From Candidatus Altimarinota bacterium (GTDB lineage Bacteria; Patescibacteriota; Gracilibacteria; CAIRYL01; GCA-016699755): a DNA stretch of 64,000 bases. Below, piece by piece: positions 62,270-64,000 of this stretch (positions are counted from its first letter, which is position 1; the number at the start of each line of letters is the position of its first letter). A program made the translations under genes and the position numbers. Location: contig OY760935.1 in assembly GCA_963664295.1 (NCBI GenBank), forward strand, positions 1,056,001 through 1,120,000, written 5' to 3'. Below the pieces are notes generated by a model. The model saw only the letters and a list, made by a program, of their open reading frames with translations. It was not told where the DNA came from and searched no databases.

Positions 62270-62479
62270 ATGGCAGTAAAAGTTGCAAAACGCAGAGACG
62301 AATCAAACGAAAAGCTTATTAAAAGGTTTAAACGCCAAACACAAGGTGCACGAGTAATGCAAAAAGTTCGCAGTGAACGCTATCATTCAGGTGATAAAAC
62401 TAAAAGAAGAGTTAGGGAAGAAGCATTATCAAGAGAGCATTACAGAGAGTTACGTGAAAAAGAAAAATTTTATCTTTAA
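62270..62479 (+). CDS. rpsU: 30S ribosomal protein S21
   Basis: V.V.KR.DES.EKLIKRFKR, basic 69 aa, own promoter and hairpin (62506-62536). Confidence 0.85.
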   Translation: MAVKVAKRRDESNEKLIKRFKRQTQGARVMQKVRSERYHSGDKTKRRVREEALSREHYRELREKEKFYL

Positions 62480-62558
62480 AATTAAAGTAATAAATTTGAA
62501 TTTTTTATTAACAGCGGACTTGTTCCGCTGTTAATATTATGTAGGTTTTTATAAAAAA

Positions 62559-63917
62559 ATGGCTTTAATTGCAATTGTTGGCAAACCAAATACAGGAAAA
62601 TCTACACTTTTTAATCGTATTGCAGGAAAAAGAAAAGCAGTAGAAAGCAAAATTCCCGGTACTACCCGTGATCGTATTTTTTTTGATTATCAGGGCGATA
62701 AACTAGAAATGACCTTTGTGGACACAGGCGGAATTAGTTTTGGTGATGCTGATTTTGAAAATGAAATTAAAAAACAGGCTGAAATTGCCATTGCAGATGC
62801 AGATATAATTTTGTTTTCTATAGATAGCAAAGAGGGTTGCACAGTTGCGGATCAGGAAGTTGCTCAAATATTAAGAAAAAAAGTTGATAAAAATAAAATA
62901 TTTTTAGTAGCAACAAAGGCGGACAAGCCTCTTTTGGAGGAGGAAAAAATAGAGTTTTTATCGCTAGGATTTGATGAAGAAAATACTTTTTTTGTTTCCG
63001 CTTTTCACAATGTGGGAATTAAAAAACTTTTAAATAAAATTGAAAAAAATCTTTTAAAAAGAGGATTTACACCGCCAGAGAAAAAAGAAAAAACCACAGA
63101 GGCAACTCTAGCATTAATTGGCAAACCAAATACAGGTAAGTCATCGCTTGTTAATGCATTTTTGAATGAAGAAAAATTAATTGTATCCAACATTCCAGGT
63201 ACAACAATAGACAGTGTGGATTTTAATATCGCTTTTGAGAATAAAAATTACACAATTATTGACACAGCAGGCATAAGAAAGCGTAAAAAAATCAAAAAAG
63301 GCATTGAAAGTTTTTCAATCCTGCGTAGTTTTGAGGCCTTAAAGCGAGCAGACATTGCGCTTTTGGTTATTGATGCAACAGAAGGTGCAACACATCAAGA
63401 GCAAGCAATTATAAACGAGGTTTTACAATCTAAAACAGGTTTAATTATTGTGGTTAATAAATGGGATCAAAAAGAAGGTGGTAAATTTGCCACAGAAGAA
63501 GACAAAGAAGAAGCAAGAAAAAGAATGCTTGCCCAATTAAGACATAAATTTGCTTTTATCAGCTGGGCGAGTGTGGTTTTTGTTTCTGCAAAAGAAAGAA
63601 AAAATCTCACCAGAATATTTTTATTAGCTGATGAAATTCAAAAAGAAAGGCAAAAAAAGATACCTACTCCGGTTTTAAATCAGTTTTTAGAAGAAATAAT
63701 GTCTCGATATTCATTAAAAGGTAGAGGCAGAGGAGGAAAGCGTGTTTCAAATATAAAATTTTGCAAACAAGTGGGAGTATCACCGCCTCATTTTGTTTTT
63801 TTCTTAAATAACCCAGAAGCAATTCATTTTTCTTCAAAAAGATACATAGAAAATAGACTTAGGGAGACTTTTGGTTTTGTGGGCACTCCTGTTGTTTTAG
63901 AGTTTAAGCAAAAATAA
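62559..63917 (+). CDS. der: Ribosome biogenesis GTPase Der
   Basis: Two GTPase domains (GKPNTGKS twice, DTGG/DTAG, NKWD), KH-like C-terminus. Confidence 0.96.
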   Translation: MALIAIVGKPNTGKSTLFNRIAGKRKAVESKIPGTTRDRIFFDYQGDKLEMTFVDTGGISFGDADFENEIKKQAEIAIADADIILFSIDSKEGCTVADQEVAQILRKKVDKNKIFLVATKADKPLLEEEKIEFLSLGFDEENTFFVSAFHNVGIKKLLNKIEKNLLKRGFTPPEKKEKTTEATLALIGKPNTGKSSLVNAFLNEEKLIVSNIPGTTIDSVDFNIAFENKNYTIIDTAGIRKRKKIKKGIESFSILRSFEALKRADIALLVIDATEGATHQEQAIINEVLQSKTGLIIVVNKWDQKEGGKFATEEDKEEARKRMLAQLRHKFAFISWASVVFVSAKERKNLTRIFLLADEIQKERQKKIPTPVLNQFLEEIMSRYSLKGRGRGGKRVSNIKFCKQVGVSPPHFVFFLNNPEAIHFSSKRYIENRLRETFGFVGTPVVLEFKQK

Positions 63918-63936
63918 TTTATTTATTAAGTATAAC

Positions 63937-63971
63937 AAAAAACCGCTCATATTTTTATGAGCGGTTTTTTT
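63937..63971. terminator. Intrinsic terminator after der
   Basis: aaaaaaccgctcat-attttt-atgagcggtttttt. Confidence 0.88.
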
Positions 63972-64000
63972 CTTTTAAGCTTATTTTTTATTGATACATT

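Noticed and set aside
1-64000. UGA=Gly recoding (code 25) as in Gracilibacteria/Absconditabacteria
   Set aside because: Conserved genes are full length in code 11 and TGA acts as stop in ATGA overlaps (19532-19535, 16747-16750, 52394-52397)

Overview
AT-rich (roughly 30% GC by eye) chromosomal window from a Patescibacteria/CPR bacterium, most like Peregrinibacteria/Gracilibacteria-class organisms (inferred from SLH S-layer, 'GYAWxxxxGWIDF' giant surface protein, scattered housekeeping genes, near absence of Shine-Dalgarno sites). Standard code 11 is used (ATGA stop/start overlaps). It holds housekeeping genes (clpB, glmS, eno, cysS, dut, smpB, prfA, secA, prmC, rplU, clpP, ruvC, rbfA, fmt, mltG, rpsU, der), three tRNAs (Ser-GCT, Gln-TTG, Leu-TAG) and several large surface proteins. 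No CRISPR, prophage or transposase was seen. Main findings: (1) the same ~186-189 bp module follows two unrelated tRNAs: a fold-back copy of the tRNA 3' arm, then a rebuilt T-arm/CCA end with a structurally conserved ~95-nt insert in the T-loop; (2) a Tyr/Phe/Trp-rich leader-peptide attenuator in front of an archaeal-type AroA' gene, plus a eukaryote-type chorismate mutase and a TyrA-PheA fusion, unexpected for a CPR; (3) an unassigned multi-stem ncRNA candidate with C-rich loops; (4) rpsU as the only gene examined with a strong SD; (5) a 72-bp identical tract between the S-layer gene and a distant inverted paralog.
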